Shown here piece by piece: positions 26,951 through 40,109 of a DNA stretch of 64,000 bases. The position numbers were made by a program, and so were the translations under genes. Position 1 is the stretch's first letter. Every line of letters starts with the position of its first letter. This stretch comes from Trichoplax adhaerens (taxonomy: Eukaryota > Animalia > Placozoa), in assembly GCF_000150275.1 (NCBI RefSeq), contig NW_002060955.1, positions 536,886-600,885 on the forward strand. Direction: 5' to 3'. Below the pieces are notes generated by a model. That model saw nothing but the letters and a program-made list of their open reading frames with translations. It was not told where the DNA came from and made no database searches.

Positions 26951-29900
26951 TAAGTTCAATTCGACTGTGAAGGTGTTCCATAACTACTTGTTGATTTCAT
27001 TTTTATCTAAAATAAATGCGGACAAACTGAGTGATTATTTATTGTTTTAAATGCGTTTATTGTGATGATCTATTCTCAAGAATATGCAAAAATGAAAAAG
27101 TAGATACAAATGATTACCGTTATAACAGCCCTTTCCATCGCTTGCTAAAATTATGATTATTATTATCGATAAAATTCTTACTGGAGCAAGAATAGCACAT
27201 CCATAAGATATATATATGAAGTTTCCTTTGAATTTTATTGATTTACTTCCTTAGATCTGATAGTTTGTATCCCTGAAAAACTAGCGACAATGGTTAAGTT
27301 TGTATGTAATTATCCTTTGTATAACTCCACCCTTACTTTATTTGATTATAGGCTGATACTGGATTAAAGGAAAAAAAAATGATCGTTTGTATCCTTGTTC
27401 GATTTGTCATATTCACCCCACAAAGACAAAGTGTCGTACGTGTAAATTAAGTAATAATATAAAGGATGTTAAAGTTTAGAAGCTTTCATTCACTATTATT
27501 CGGTAAATAATAAAAGAATTTTGTTTCTTTGATTTAGTGTCAAAATAAAGATTAGGTCAAAGTTCTGTAGACGAACTCACATGGATGGAGAATTTCGCCT
27601 TCCTAGTTCTGTATCAATCCAGTTCCTTGATGTATCGGTAGAAGGATTAAAGCTCTTGAATTTGGATATAAAATAGAAACTAGTCAAGTTATATAGATGG
27701 CTCTATGTTTAGATCGAAATGTTTATTTAATATTATATGCATATGCTTTGAGTCTGTAATCATTTAGCATGACTATTTCATTCTATTTTATGAAATACCT
27801 TCACTCTAGAACAAGTCAAGATAGACTAATCAAGATTACTTCGTCCTAAGGGAATAGGAATCCACTAATTAATAAGTAAACTTGTTTTCAATCTATACAA
27901 TCGATATTCAGCTTGAGGAAAATTAGTTTAATGAGTCATCATATCGTTAAACAATGAATCGAATGTTAATTAACTCCTAGAGGCACGCGATTTACAAAAT
28001 AATTTTCAACTGGCATTAATCACGATGAATTGTTTTCCATAAACTAGAGCAAAAGGGCGGAGAATGACAACTTAAATAAGAAACAAAATAACTCGGAAAG
28101 AAAGAAATTATATAAACATAGAAATCCTTCGATGCTAATAAATGTATTGTAGTGAAAAACAATTTATTCTTTACCTTAGTTTTATTGCTGCTTTGATATT
28201 TTCCCATGTTATTAATCGATGATAAATTCGAATAATAACAATTAAGCTGTTCAAGCTTAACAGTTGGCGTTACTAACAATTAAAAGGTCTGAGGTCTTGT
28301 CCGGTCTTATTACAATTGATAACGAAGAGCAACTTCGACAATCACGCAGTCGGATGTTTGTCCTAAAATAGGTTTCTATCAACTATGTTACTTGAAGTAA
28401 TTCTAAAACATAAAACGGATACACTATCTTAAATAGTAACCTTCCCAGTGCAATGCTACCGGGTGAAATTAAAGTTACGATTCTCTTTGGCATCACATAA
28501 TTGTCACATCGTTTCCATTTCTTGCATAATTATACGCTATTTAGTACAATATAAGCTATTACGTTACCATGTATTTGGTAGTCTACTGAAACAATGTATC
28601 CAGAAGCGGAGCTTAGTTACTATCTTATATTCGCGAAGCTTAATTGAGGGAACTCTTATGGGCTGCTAGAATAAGACACTATGATACATAATAGCAAGCG
28701 TAGATTCTCTACTGTGCTATAATCATGTACAGAATAGTTACAGTTTACGATAGAATTATACTTAAATTTGATTAAAATAGGCATTATTTTCGTAAATTCA
28801 GCTAAGGGAGTTGTGAAAGAAGGCTGCATCTAGATGATAGGTTATACTTTTTAAAACTAAAAGTAAATGCTATTTTTAAACTGTAGTAGATTATAAAAAA
28901 TTCAACTAGATTGTACAAGAGTAACTTATAATTTTATCATAATATTATCTCAATATGCAGGTTACTGTGTTTGCTTACAGTTTCTGATAATATAGTTATT
29001 CAGTTTGCAGAAATGTAATATACATACTTCAGTATTTGGCATTAGACTTGTGAAAGAACATATCTAGATAATGATTACCCCATCGCTTCATACTTAATAT
29101 AAATTAACCGCTGCAAAATAATTTTAGCTGCTTGAAAGCAAATGACCTAAAATTTTTATAGGTTATTCCTTAAATTTTTAAGGGCTCTATATAGCAAAGT
29201 TTAAGATTTTAGATACTTTTATTTAAAGCCTTCGAGAATAAATATATTCAAAATATGCGCGTATCTGATACTGTATGTAAGGATAACCAATTCAGAATTT
29301 GTTCATATCACTGCATTTAAAAAGTCGCAATAGATCTTGAGCTGGTTATGCATTGTTAATGCTACTATATTGAAAATTTCAGTTCAATAATTTTAAACAA
29401 CTAATTTAATTTAAGTGCATTGAATTTTAATATTAAAGAGAACCATTAGCACATTTTACTCAGTTATGAATCTCAATTAAAAATTTAATCGTATAAAACT
29501 AGTACTACTAGTATTGCAAAGTTTATTGATGAACATTATACACAGTTTCAGCGAATGTTAAATCGATGCATTTCAATACCTGTGTGTTGCATACTAGAGA
29601 ATTTCTCGTCAATTTGTGCAGTAAGATGTAATATACCACAGATAAAACTTCACATGTTTGATGCGTTATGATGAATTATGTAAAAGAAAAATGAGACGTG
29701 GACTTACGTTACCACTAATACCTACAGTTAGTGTGACTCACTTGGTTTACGGATTTTAAGATATTAAAATTTAATATAATCGTTGATAATTGTAAGATTT
29801 AAACGATCAAAACGCCTATAGAAATGCAATTTTTTTTAATCTTTATCGATTTAAGACTAGGGTATTGCGCTAGTGAACTGGAATGATGTGATTGAGTAAG

Positions 29901-30915
29901 AAGCACGTTAATAGTGTCTAAGAGTATCTCTGAATCAGTCTTAGTATTATATGCTTAAATAAAAGAAAAGTTTGAAAATAAACTCAAATTTAATACATCG
30001 TACTAATCTTCACCACTTATTTTATTAGAGCATTTCACACTTAGTATTCTTTTCTTTTCTATCCCATAGCTCATTTTTTTTATATGTGGTCTCAGCTTAT
30101 TGATGTTGTTGTAATCCATCGTTCTACATTTATATAAAACCCCACAGGATAACTTGATGAAATTAAATTCTATTTCTTTAAAGCACTGAAGTGTGATGTT
30201 AGGAATTTGGTTACGTTATGATCATTTCAACGCTATTTGTAAATTATTAAACATTGATACTAATACCTGACGTATTTATTTCGGTTTACATCGGCCAATA
30301 TTGTTATTCCTGGCCTAGGGTACAAAGGACAGCTAAACTTATATGGCTACCGATCCTCTTTTGTGCTTTATATATTAACCACAGATTCACTTTCTTATAC
30401 AGATATCGTCATAAGGCATCAGATTGGACTATTTCAAATATCATTGCATATCATACCGTACTTATTATGCATTACAGCCGTAGCATATTATACGTAATAA
30501 TAAATATTGAAGGTATTTAGGGGTAACTCAATAACCCAGGTTCTATACAATCTATGATACGTTACAAATTTATGTTATCACTTTTTTTTAAGTCTATCTT
30601 ACTTAATTTAAAAATTAAATAAAATTCGATGTGAATTATTAGCATAATAAAATTATACAGAAATAATAACAGTAATAAAATAAAATTTATCTCTAAATTT
30701 TAACTCGTCGATTATAAGCTTTCAGCATAATGTTAACTCGTATTAAACGCATACTCAAAGTAGCCATTTGTAAATTTCTTGTTTTTTACTGCACTTAGTA
30801 TGAGACAGTAGGTATAAAAGGGTGCTAATATCAATTCAATATGAATAATAGGAAACGATTAGAGATAGTCTAGTCAAGTACTATGGTGTCCTTTATGCTG
30901 TTGTTGCTATCCTTC

Positions 30916-30929
30916 GTTACCATAGCAAC
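30916..30929 (+). promoter_or_regulatory. RFX X-box (GTTACCATAGCAAC)
   Basis: Full 14-bp match to the RFX X-box consensus GTYNCYATRGNAAC, starting about 100 bp upstream of the ATG at 31017. Confidence 0.8.
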
Positions 30930-31016
30930 ACCATTTCGATGCTAAGTGTGTATCATCGTAGAATTGGAGTGAGCACAGTTGATGTTAGTCAGATATTTTA
31001 AATCATTTCTACGCCA

Positions 31017-34000
31017 ATGGCAGCTTCTACCGCGAGTTATCATCGACGCCAATCTCGAAGAGATGCCAAGGAAGTTATAAATCGACCTAAGGTATTATCA
31101 ACTAAATTATTTCAATAGCTTTTGGCTATAAAGCAGTATGACATAAGGCTTAATCAGTGCACAAGTAAGATCATTTTAACAAACGCTAGTTTTAGAAATG
31201 AAAATCAGTGTACAGCTTTTCTTCCTTCCCTACTAGCTTAAAAGTAACAGATTATTCTTGTTAACCATGATATTACTATATTCGGTTCTACACAGAGCTA
31301 ACACTTAGATTTAAATTTCATGTTAAATTCATAAGATATAGATAAAATTAACATAGTTATAGAATTGTAGCGTTAAGTTTAAATCTATCCTAATCAATTA
31401 GATATTGGTCATCACCATCTACATTCTAACCTGTATTGTAGCTATAGAAGCTACAAAGTAAACGGTCAGTGCTGATACAGGCATGATTTATAGTTATTGA
31501 ACGTTAGATAGTGTTAGATAGCCTTTAAGATTTCTATTACTATTAGCTAAGGTAGTCAATTTTGTTTAGGTGACTTTATAAAATTAAAGAATGAGTAAAA
31601 ATTGCCTATCGATAAGGTATGATATTTAGAACTGTAGATTTTGCTCCGCCAGTTAGAAGGAGAAGTATAATGAAATTCTTATATAAACAGATCCAATTCT
31701 GTCAGTAGTTCAAAACGATCTAATATTTTGATATTCTACTCAAATATTATGAAAATCAAGTCTATTTCTGACTTTGTGAAAACTTATTAACAAGTTGAAT
31801 GATATAATTGATCGATAGCCCACACAATCAGCTTAAAGAGACTTATACTTGTATTTATTAAAGAATTTAGAAATACTGATAGTCCGATACTCTCCTAGGA
31901 ATAAACATTAAAGCACTCTTTTAAAGATCTATTGAAAGGAAGTTAGAGCTATAAAACTCTGTAAACAATATATAATTAACGATTATGCACATAAATAAGG
32001 TTTAATTTAATTTAATAGTTAGATCTTGAGAGGACCAGAAATCAAATATAGTACAGTTACGTATTTAATGATAGAATACACTCAATTATAATTATTTACT
32101 AGACAAAGGGGATTACTACAGCAAATACGATACTCCGTGGATACAGGATGTAACTTTTGAGTAAAAGTATTGTTATTACAGACGTTAAGGCAACCCAATA
32201 TCTATGATTGACTGCTAGCCTTGCAGAAATAAAATGCAATAAGACAAGTAATACATCTATATCTTTAAAGTATTTTCATGAGTAATATTGATGATGTGAA
32301 ATCGTACTGTCGATTAAAACCTATAATCGATTGTTTTTATACGTGTATTACGCGTAAACGTAAATGATAAGAAATATTTGAATATGACTCCTAGATATTT
32401 CTTAAAATTCTTTCAAAACATGATTTAGTTGTCTTGATACAAACTAAAATGAAAGATTCCCACTCGGCTTGATAGTACCAAGTCAATCATAGATAGTGTG
32501 ATAAATTGGGAGTAATATTATCTGAACGTAGCTACTGCAATTTTCTAATTATAGTTTAAATGGTAATAATAATTTTCATATTTTTGTTATTGCTATGAAT
32601 ACAGGTAGAACTAAATGAATACATTTTAAGTGAAAAATTGAAGGATAGGCTTCAACAGTTACATTCGAATGCACCTGAAAATCATAAGAGAATATTTAAA
32701 GAATACATAGACGAATTTGAAGACAGGCAGCGTACTGGTAGCCGGAAAAGCTCAGCAGGTACCCTTTAACGTGCAATAAAGTATTTGATTTTTTATTAGG
32801 TTTTAAGCTTTAAATCTTATTGCCAAACAGAGGTAATTCTATATCGTATGTTGAGCAGAATTATATTATTTCTTTACAAGATGATTGTATGTGTATTGTA
32901 GTTTCTATCATTGACATTATTCATATTACTGAATAGTAAAAGTAAGAATCTCTTGCTATTTTTTACGTCTTTTCGTAATATCGAAATTCATTATTAGGCT
33001 TATAAATTTACAGATAATTTGTTCTGTAGACAAGGGATGCGGCCCGTTTAACTAATCAATTAAAAAACAAAAATGAGCTGAGACTTAACAATATTCATGC
33101 CATAATTTTATTATGTTAGTTTTAGTAGATTATATCAAGTCAATAATATCGTTCTAAGCATGCTAATAAATAGCTATAATTTATCTTTTCTATACGTAAT
33201 AACCAGGTTTGGTTTAATGGAGGCTAATTCTTGTAATAATCTATAAAACATAACTTTTACATATTTTACTTCATAATACTTTAGGATCTTTGCCTTTTTT
33301 ATTCTAGTTTGCAAAAGCTTTCATCTTTTTGCTACTAATATTTGATAGTTTCAAGATTAAGTCAAAGGCTACAAAATTTAATGGACTTAAGCAGAATCAT
33401 ATACATTTATTTGGTTACGAAATTAATTTAAATAGGAGGATGTTTTCGATTTAGTATTATATATAACTTTTTAGATAGCCTTTGATATAACCGTAATTTA
33501 TAATAGACCCAGTATGCTACATACCTCAAATCTGAAGATTTATGAGATATGTTAAGATAGATAGAAATTTTTAGGGTAGAAACACATTTTCTATTATTCC
33601 ATAAAGAACATTTCTAGAGTTAAAATGCTGAAATTTTCTTATAATATCTATATTTCTATATGCTTGATAATAATATCTTATCGATGGATTTAATTATCTA
33701 TTTCTTTAGCTCCATTTTCTAAAGCTATAACATCACATCGACTTGATTTTAAGTATCAATTTCAACCACCAGCCAATATTCAAAAGTAAGATTGTGGACT
33801 TATATTTCCTATTACATACTTACCACTGAAATGATTTGCAAAGATTGACTACAAGCATTTTGATTAAACTTGCATTATTTTCTGCTTTGCAAAGCATTTG
33901 CAAAAAATTTTAAATTATAATCATTTAAGATTTAGTTGAGTAATGTAGTTTAACATCGTACACAACTCATCAACCTAGACCTCCTTTTCCTTAATATAGC

Positions 34001-36605
34001 ATAAGTACTACCATTTACAAGCAAATTTATCCTTAGTTGTGATTCAGTACTATACTATTTTATTGAGATCAAGTTGCTGTATGTTAATAAAATATACAGG
34101 TTACTAGAATCATTTTCCTAAATTGCTATTTAACCACTATTACGGCCATAAATTAAAACATGATTGAATAATAGAATTTAAGAATAATGTTGCAAGTAAT
34201 TTTTATAAATCAAAAGATATTGGTAACTTAATGACATTAATGTGATGGAATATTGTTGGCAGCCAGAATAATGCCATGAATAATATAATCAGTTACTTTA
34301 TTTTAAAGAGAACGAAATGAAAATAAAATTTTGTAGTAATACTTAAAACAGTTTTATATAATTGAAACTGCATAGATTAAATGGATATCAACGTTTCTAC
34401 ATGATAGCCTTCCACGATGAAAGACACATCCTTATTGTTTCAAAAATATATCATAAAGAGATTTTATTTAATGGTGTTTGACTTAATTTTATCACTAGCA
34501 GTAATATTAAAAATTTAAAGATTTTTATTTCCTGGTTTGGTAACAAATTGTTCTGATTTAAATAGGCCGAATGAGAAATAATATATTAACAAAATTAAAT
34601 AGATTTCTATATGGTACTATTATTAGATGATAGTTTGATCGTTGTCGTAACACTGTAACACTTATCTGAAATCTGGATATTTTAAGTTTCTAAGTTAATA
34701 ATGTCTCTTGGGTTAGGCCAAAACACAGCCAGATGTTGCCATCATCAAATGCTGAAGTAGATAAAACACTTGGCAAAACTGTTTATGAGGTAGAACATGA
34801 GCAAGTAGCAAAATTTACTCCAAGAAAACTAGAACCATTGAAAACAAGTAGTACTAAAAACAATCCTCATCCGCTAAAAGTAAAACAACATGGCTAATCT
34901 GTAGCTTATATATTTATTTTTACTGGATGTATTTATTCATTTTTACATAAATTATTCTAATGGTTTCATATTTGTCACCTACCTATTGACAGCCTTTTAT
35001 GGATTGGCAATTGAAACCTAATGTAGAAGATGGTCAGCAATCGCCGTTAATTGAGCAAAGTCTATATGAAATGGTCCAACGTGACAAAAATCAATCGACC
35101 TATCGTAAAGATTTTACACCCTCAATGCCTGGTAAGTTTTTAATCATTTATTCTTAAACAGAAATTTATATTAATGGAAAGAATGAATCATCATAAAGGA
35201 TAAAAACTAACTTAGGCGCTGTTTACATGTTCTTTCTAATATCCTGAACTAGACAAAGTATACTGTTGTCTGCTGATTTATTGTTTCGTGTTAGCCTTAT
35301 ATATAGAACAGAAGAAAACTTTATGCTGTAATTTATAATTGATAACTAACAATTATAATTGCATACGAGCATACTAAAGAAATGTGCATTTCAATTTATG
35401 CTCGCACTGGAATAATTGCTTCAATTAAATAGAGTTATGATTGCTTGCAAAGATTAGAGCTTGATACGGAATTATTAATTACTTTCCATTCTGAAGAAAG
35501 GCATTATAGGAGTAATTGCAATGTAATTGTATATTTAAAATATTAAGTTCATTATTATGTTCATGATAGTATCAATTTGAATCGATATAATAAGCTTTAG
35601 TTGATATCAATTAAATTAAATTCTTGATAAATGAGATTTGATTCGAATTCGATAGCAATAACTTAGAAATATTTGATTGATTAGGAATAAGTTGAGGCCT
35701 ACTTTTCTATTCTTATACAGTCGTGCTCTAATTAGTCTAAAAAAACAGATTAAGTTAAGATCAAATTTAATTAGAAATAGTGTAACATTTAGATACTAGC
35801 TTTATTAACCCGGGATATACTGAAATTATTAGATATGCAAAGATTAGCTAGCGCAAGAAAAATGATATCTAGTCGTCAACCCAAATATGACGAAGACACT
35901 TGGAAAAGTATTACCAATGCAACGTTTAAATACAACAAGCTAGATCAATCACTCTTGAATCCAGTAACACGATTTGGGTCTAATCCACATATAAAAAATT
36001 ATGCAGTTGGCATATGTAAGTGTAAAGATAATATAATTATTACACCGTCTTTAGTTATATCAACGATGAAAATGTGTTGTAGTTGCGGCAGAAATGGTAC
36101 CGTAAATCACTACAGTTGTTTGCAATCTTAATCTAATTGGAACAGAGACATTAACTGCATCGCAAGTACAAAATCTCGGAGCTTGTAGCTGTCTTGATCA
36201 AAAACTAGATGTAAATTTAGCTACAATTTACTGCGAAGTTTCGTTTTAATCTCATGCCTTAAAGTACGATATTTCACTTTAAAGAGTTTTAAGAGAGAAC
36301 TATAGATTAGTACTTTGCCAATTAGCAATTTTTATTTGAAATGAATCTAATAGATTCCATAGTTTAATTTCTAAATTGATGATCATCCTTCTATTATTAT
36401 TTCCGAACGCTTTAATGATAATGTATAATGCTAATTAGTATCATGTTAAATTCTTAATGCAATTTTTTATCATTAATTTATATCTCCACCAAAACTTTGA
36501 CTGATATTAAATGGAACAGTGCCCATTACTTCTAAGGATTCTCCTATACTTGAGATATCAGCCAAGACTTGTTATGAAAATTACTATGGCTCTCGACGAC
36601 GGTAA
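31017..36605 (+). CDS. Putative ciliary/axonemal protein, TEX26-like (about 291 aa; exons 31017-31091, 32605-32758, 33710-33785, 34717-34879, 34993-35131, 35833-36015, 36520-36605)
   Basis: Seven exons join in frame through GT-AG introns (876 nt, ATG to TAA). Motifs TSHRLDF, KTVYEVEH, NNPHP, STYRKDF, TRFGSN..AVGILP and KTCYENYY include repeated T/S-x-Y/H-x-x-D/E/N-F/Y units typical of microtubule inner proteins. An X-box lies upstream. The TEX26 assignment is from recalled motif similarity and is unverified. Confidence 0.7.
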
Positions 36606-38389
36606 TCATTGTAGTTATCGAAAGGAATAAAAATTTATTTCGATATTCAATTAAGATACCGAATTATCGTTAATTATTATATAAGTAAACCTTCCGTAAT
36701 CTATTGGAATTGAAATTTAATGTAAATTGCAAATCATTTGATTGTAATTGCTATTTTTCTAATTATTAGAACTATCACATAGTGATTGTAATAATCAAAA
36801 TGGCCTACTATATTATATCATATAGTGTAGTCTTGATTTTTATACTAAGATTGTTTGTGTATAATCATCCTTAGTAAACCCTGTCATTGATGACCACTCA
36901 TACTTCTCAAATAGCTATCTAGTCTCCGTGTTAAAGCTGTTATTAAGCTCGTTGATCATTTACACAAAGTAATCGTTTCCATTATCAATTTTTTCTACCT
37001 TATCAAACGTAAATGGCTATTTATACATTTGATTGACGTCTATTGACTTAGTTTTAATCGCGTCCAAAGTGCTAATAATGAAGGTTATTGTGTAAAAGGT
37101 AGAAGGTAAAGTTGATTGAATACATTTTACATTCGAACGTTAAATAAAGTAGCATTCCCATCTCGATGTGATCATGCAAGTTTATAGCCATCGTAAATAT
37201 GTAGACATGTTAACAGATATATTGTACATGTTGAACGTATAATATATTTTCATTTTCTAGCCTGTATTTGTGTTAATATAAAACAGACATCAATAAATTG
37301 TAGTCAACAATCACTGCTTGCCTAGACAACATTTTATGGTGTTTCTTGTGAGTCTCAAAGTACTGTATAAAACTCAGGTTTTATAGAAATGTAAAAATGA
37401 ATTATTCGAAGAATATAATCAGTTCCATCATCAGTATTAGTCGTTGCAATACAGTATCTACTCAATTTTTGAATAGTGTAGTATCGTCCGTGATTGATCT
37501 AGTCTTTATTACTTTTATTCTATTCAAGATTTTCGCTATACTACTGAAGTAAAGTATATTATCTTAACCTATTTTAAATGATGTCTTAAAAACGCGACTG
37601 TGATAGTACGGATAAGCTTTTCTATTCTAAATGGCAAAGTTTTCTGCCAGAAGTAATACAGCAAGTTTAAAAGAAGAATTTAAAGCTATTAATCATCTTC
37701 TTATAGTTCTTCACGAAAAGTTATAATTAATTGATAAAATAGGGTAATAGATTGATAATCACTGGTTAGGTGGAACACTACATAAAGCACATAGTTTCAT
37801 TTAGAGCTCAGTTTAATGGCGTTTCCAAGGCTATGTCTTTTTCAAATGTATTGCTCAATCATTCTTATTTTTTTGGAAATATCTTGAAAGGTAATTTCTG
37901 CTTCTCCGCTTAACTTTAATCCTATGAAACTGTTCCAGATCAATGGAATTAAAACAGCCATCTTATACAAATGACTCTACTTCAGGTTTTTGATATATAA
38001 GTATCTATGTCACGTAAATTGAAGTGAAGTCATATAAAATTAGGCCAGATTTTCAATGTAATAATATTCATGGCTGAGAAATTAATTCCTTTCAGTGTGA
38101 TGATGTAAAAGTATATCAAGTTTGCGATGTAGTAATATTCTATAATGGATATTAGTTAAAATGTAATAACATGAAACTGGTTCCAATTTGCGGTATAATA
38201 GTACCCGCATCATGTAAAATGATTCAAATGTATTCAGGTCTATTGCTAATTGTTCAATTTAAACTAAACTCCAATTAATTAACATTATCCTAGCAAAGGG
38301 CTTCGAATTGCATTTAGCATACCTAAACGATGTTTATAAGGGAGTTATTAAAGGCATGATTGTGGAAAGATTAGCTTGATAATGGTCTA

Positions 38390-39610
38390 GCAGTTAGTTT
38401 ATGCATCGCTTGGGTTTCATGCTGAGTTTGAGTAGATTTACTGGGCCTCTAATAACGATAATCTAATTAGTGTTGTAAATTTCGTTTCAAGTTAAAAGGA
38501 TGCAGATTGCAGGCTAGCTTCCTGCATTTTTCGTATGTAAATGTTGATTTATCGCGTATTGTAATCTTATCAAAGGACAAATTAAATTGCAGAGACGAAG
38601 AGACTAAAATATCAAGCTAGGTGATGTCATAAAATAAAGAGATAGGTTAAGGTACATTCTAGTAAATTGTATACAGTATAATTGATTTTATCAGAGAATT
38701 ATGAGTGTTATGATTATAGACTTTCAAAACAACGAAATTTTCCAGTTGCTAGTTTATATTTCATTTGGGTTCACGCTTGAGTCTAAGTTGATGGATTGGA
38801 GGTTCTGATAACAGTAATATATGAGTGTCACAGAGTAAATTTTGCATATTGATGCTTATTATACTTTTGTTAGATAATGTACTTTGGTCTTAGTTGATAA
38901 TACCGCAATCTATGACGTTATACAAATTGAGATGATTGTAAGTGTACTATAAATGGCTGGCTTTTTAATAAAGTTTGGATTCAGTTTTATGTATATCATT
39001 TTAAGATGTAGTAAATAATAATGAGAAGACTAGTAGATCTGTCAATAGATTCAATTCTTAGTTAGAAAAATAGTAGTTACCAACGAATAACTAAACAACT
39101 GAGCACAAATAAGTCAATGCCAATATGTTACCAACGAGTAGCAAGATCAGATATGATGGATAACTTTTCACCAATTCTTCGCGATCTTTAAATGCCGTAC
39201 TGTGTTTTACTGATGACCATATTCAAGTATAAATTACTCTTTGAACATGATTACACTATATAAGGTGCCCCATCTAAATCTTGATAATTAAGACTAACGT
39301 TGGTGGTTGCATCAGCAATAAATACCACAACATGAAAATGACAATCTGATTATAAGAAAGACTAAAGGTTAAATTGTAATTAATCATTATATTATCAACA
39401 ATGCTGGGCTAGATATGGTATTGTTCCAGTAAAGAGCAGCGAATTGTATATAGCACGTATTAACCGGGTTTTCATGAGAGAATGACTAGTACCATGATTA
39501 TAGCCAAAGAAAACATACGAAATTTGTAATAGCTAGTTTATATTTCATCTGGGTTCATGCTTGGATCAAAGTTGATAAATTGGAGCCTTTGACAACAACA
39601 ATATGAGAGG
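38390..39610. repeat. Three dispersed direct copies of an approximately 75-bp element (about 38392, 38748, 39532)
   Basis: 'GCTAGTTTATATTTCATYTGGGTTCAYGCTTG..TC.AAGTTGAT..ATTGGAG..T.TGA.AACA..AATAT.GAG'. Copies 2 and 3 are clearly similar; copy 1 is more diverged. Confidence 0.7.
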
Positions 39611-40109
39611 GCTGTAACGAAGTTATTTACGAAATTATTAATATGATAGCAAATTTATGCTTAACACTGTATTTTACTTATTCAATACTAATGTTATGCT
39701 AATGAGTAAGCTTCTATTTATTATTATAATAATAGCGATGACGCAGCTTATTGATATTGAAAAATAAATAAATAAAGAGAAGTAAGGTATGGAAAGAATG
39801 TCTTCGCGCTTTCAATCTATTACGGCTTCGTTAATATCAAAAAAGCAATTTACCAATAATTAGAATTGACGACCGTTGACTTCTTAGGGCGTATCCAATT
39901 TGGCCGATTTGAGCGCACAGTGAACTAACATAGATTTTGAAATCTTGACATTAAATAGAAGGCATTAGTTTGGCCCAATCATATAATGTAAAGACGAGTG
40001 CGATAATCAATCGCATCTCTATTAAAGTTGCAACCTCTATCGATTAGAGTACTAGTGTTTATTTCCCCAAATTACTGTGTATGCTTTCAGTCTTGTTATA
40101 AATTGAAAC

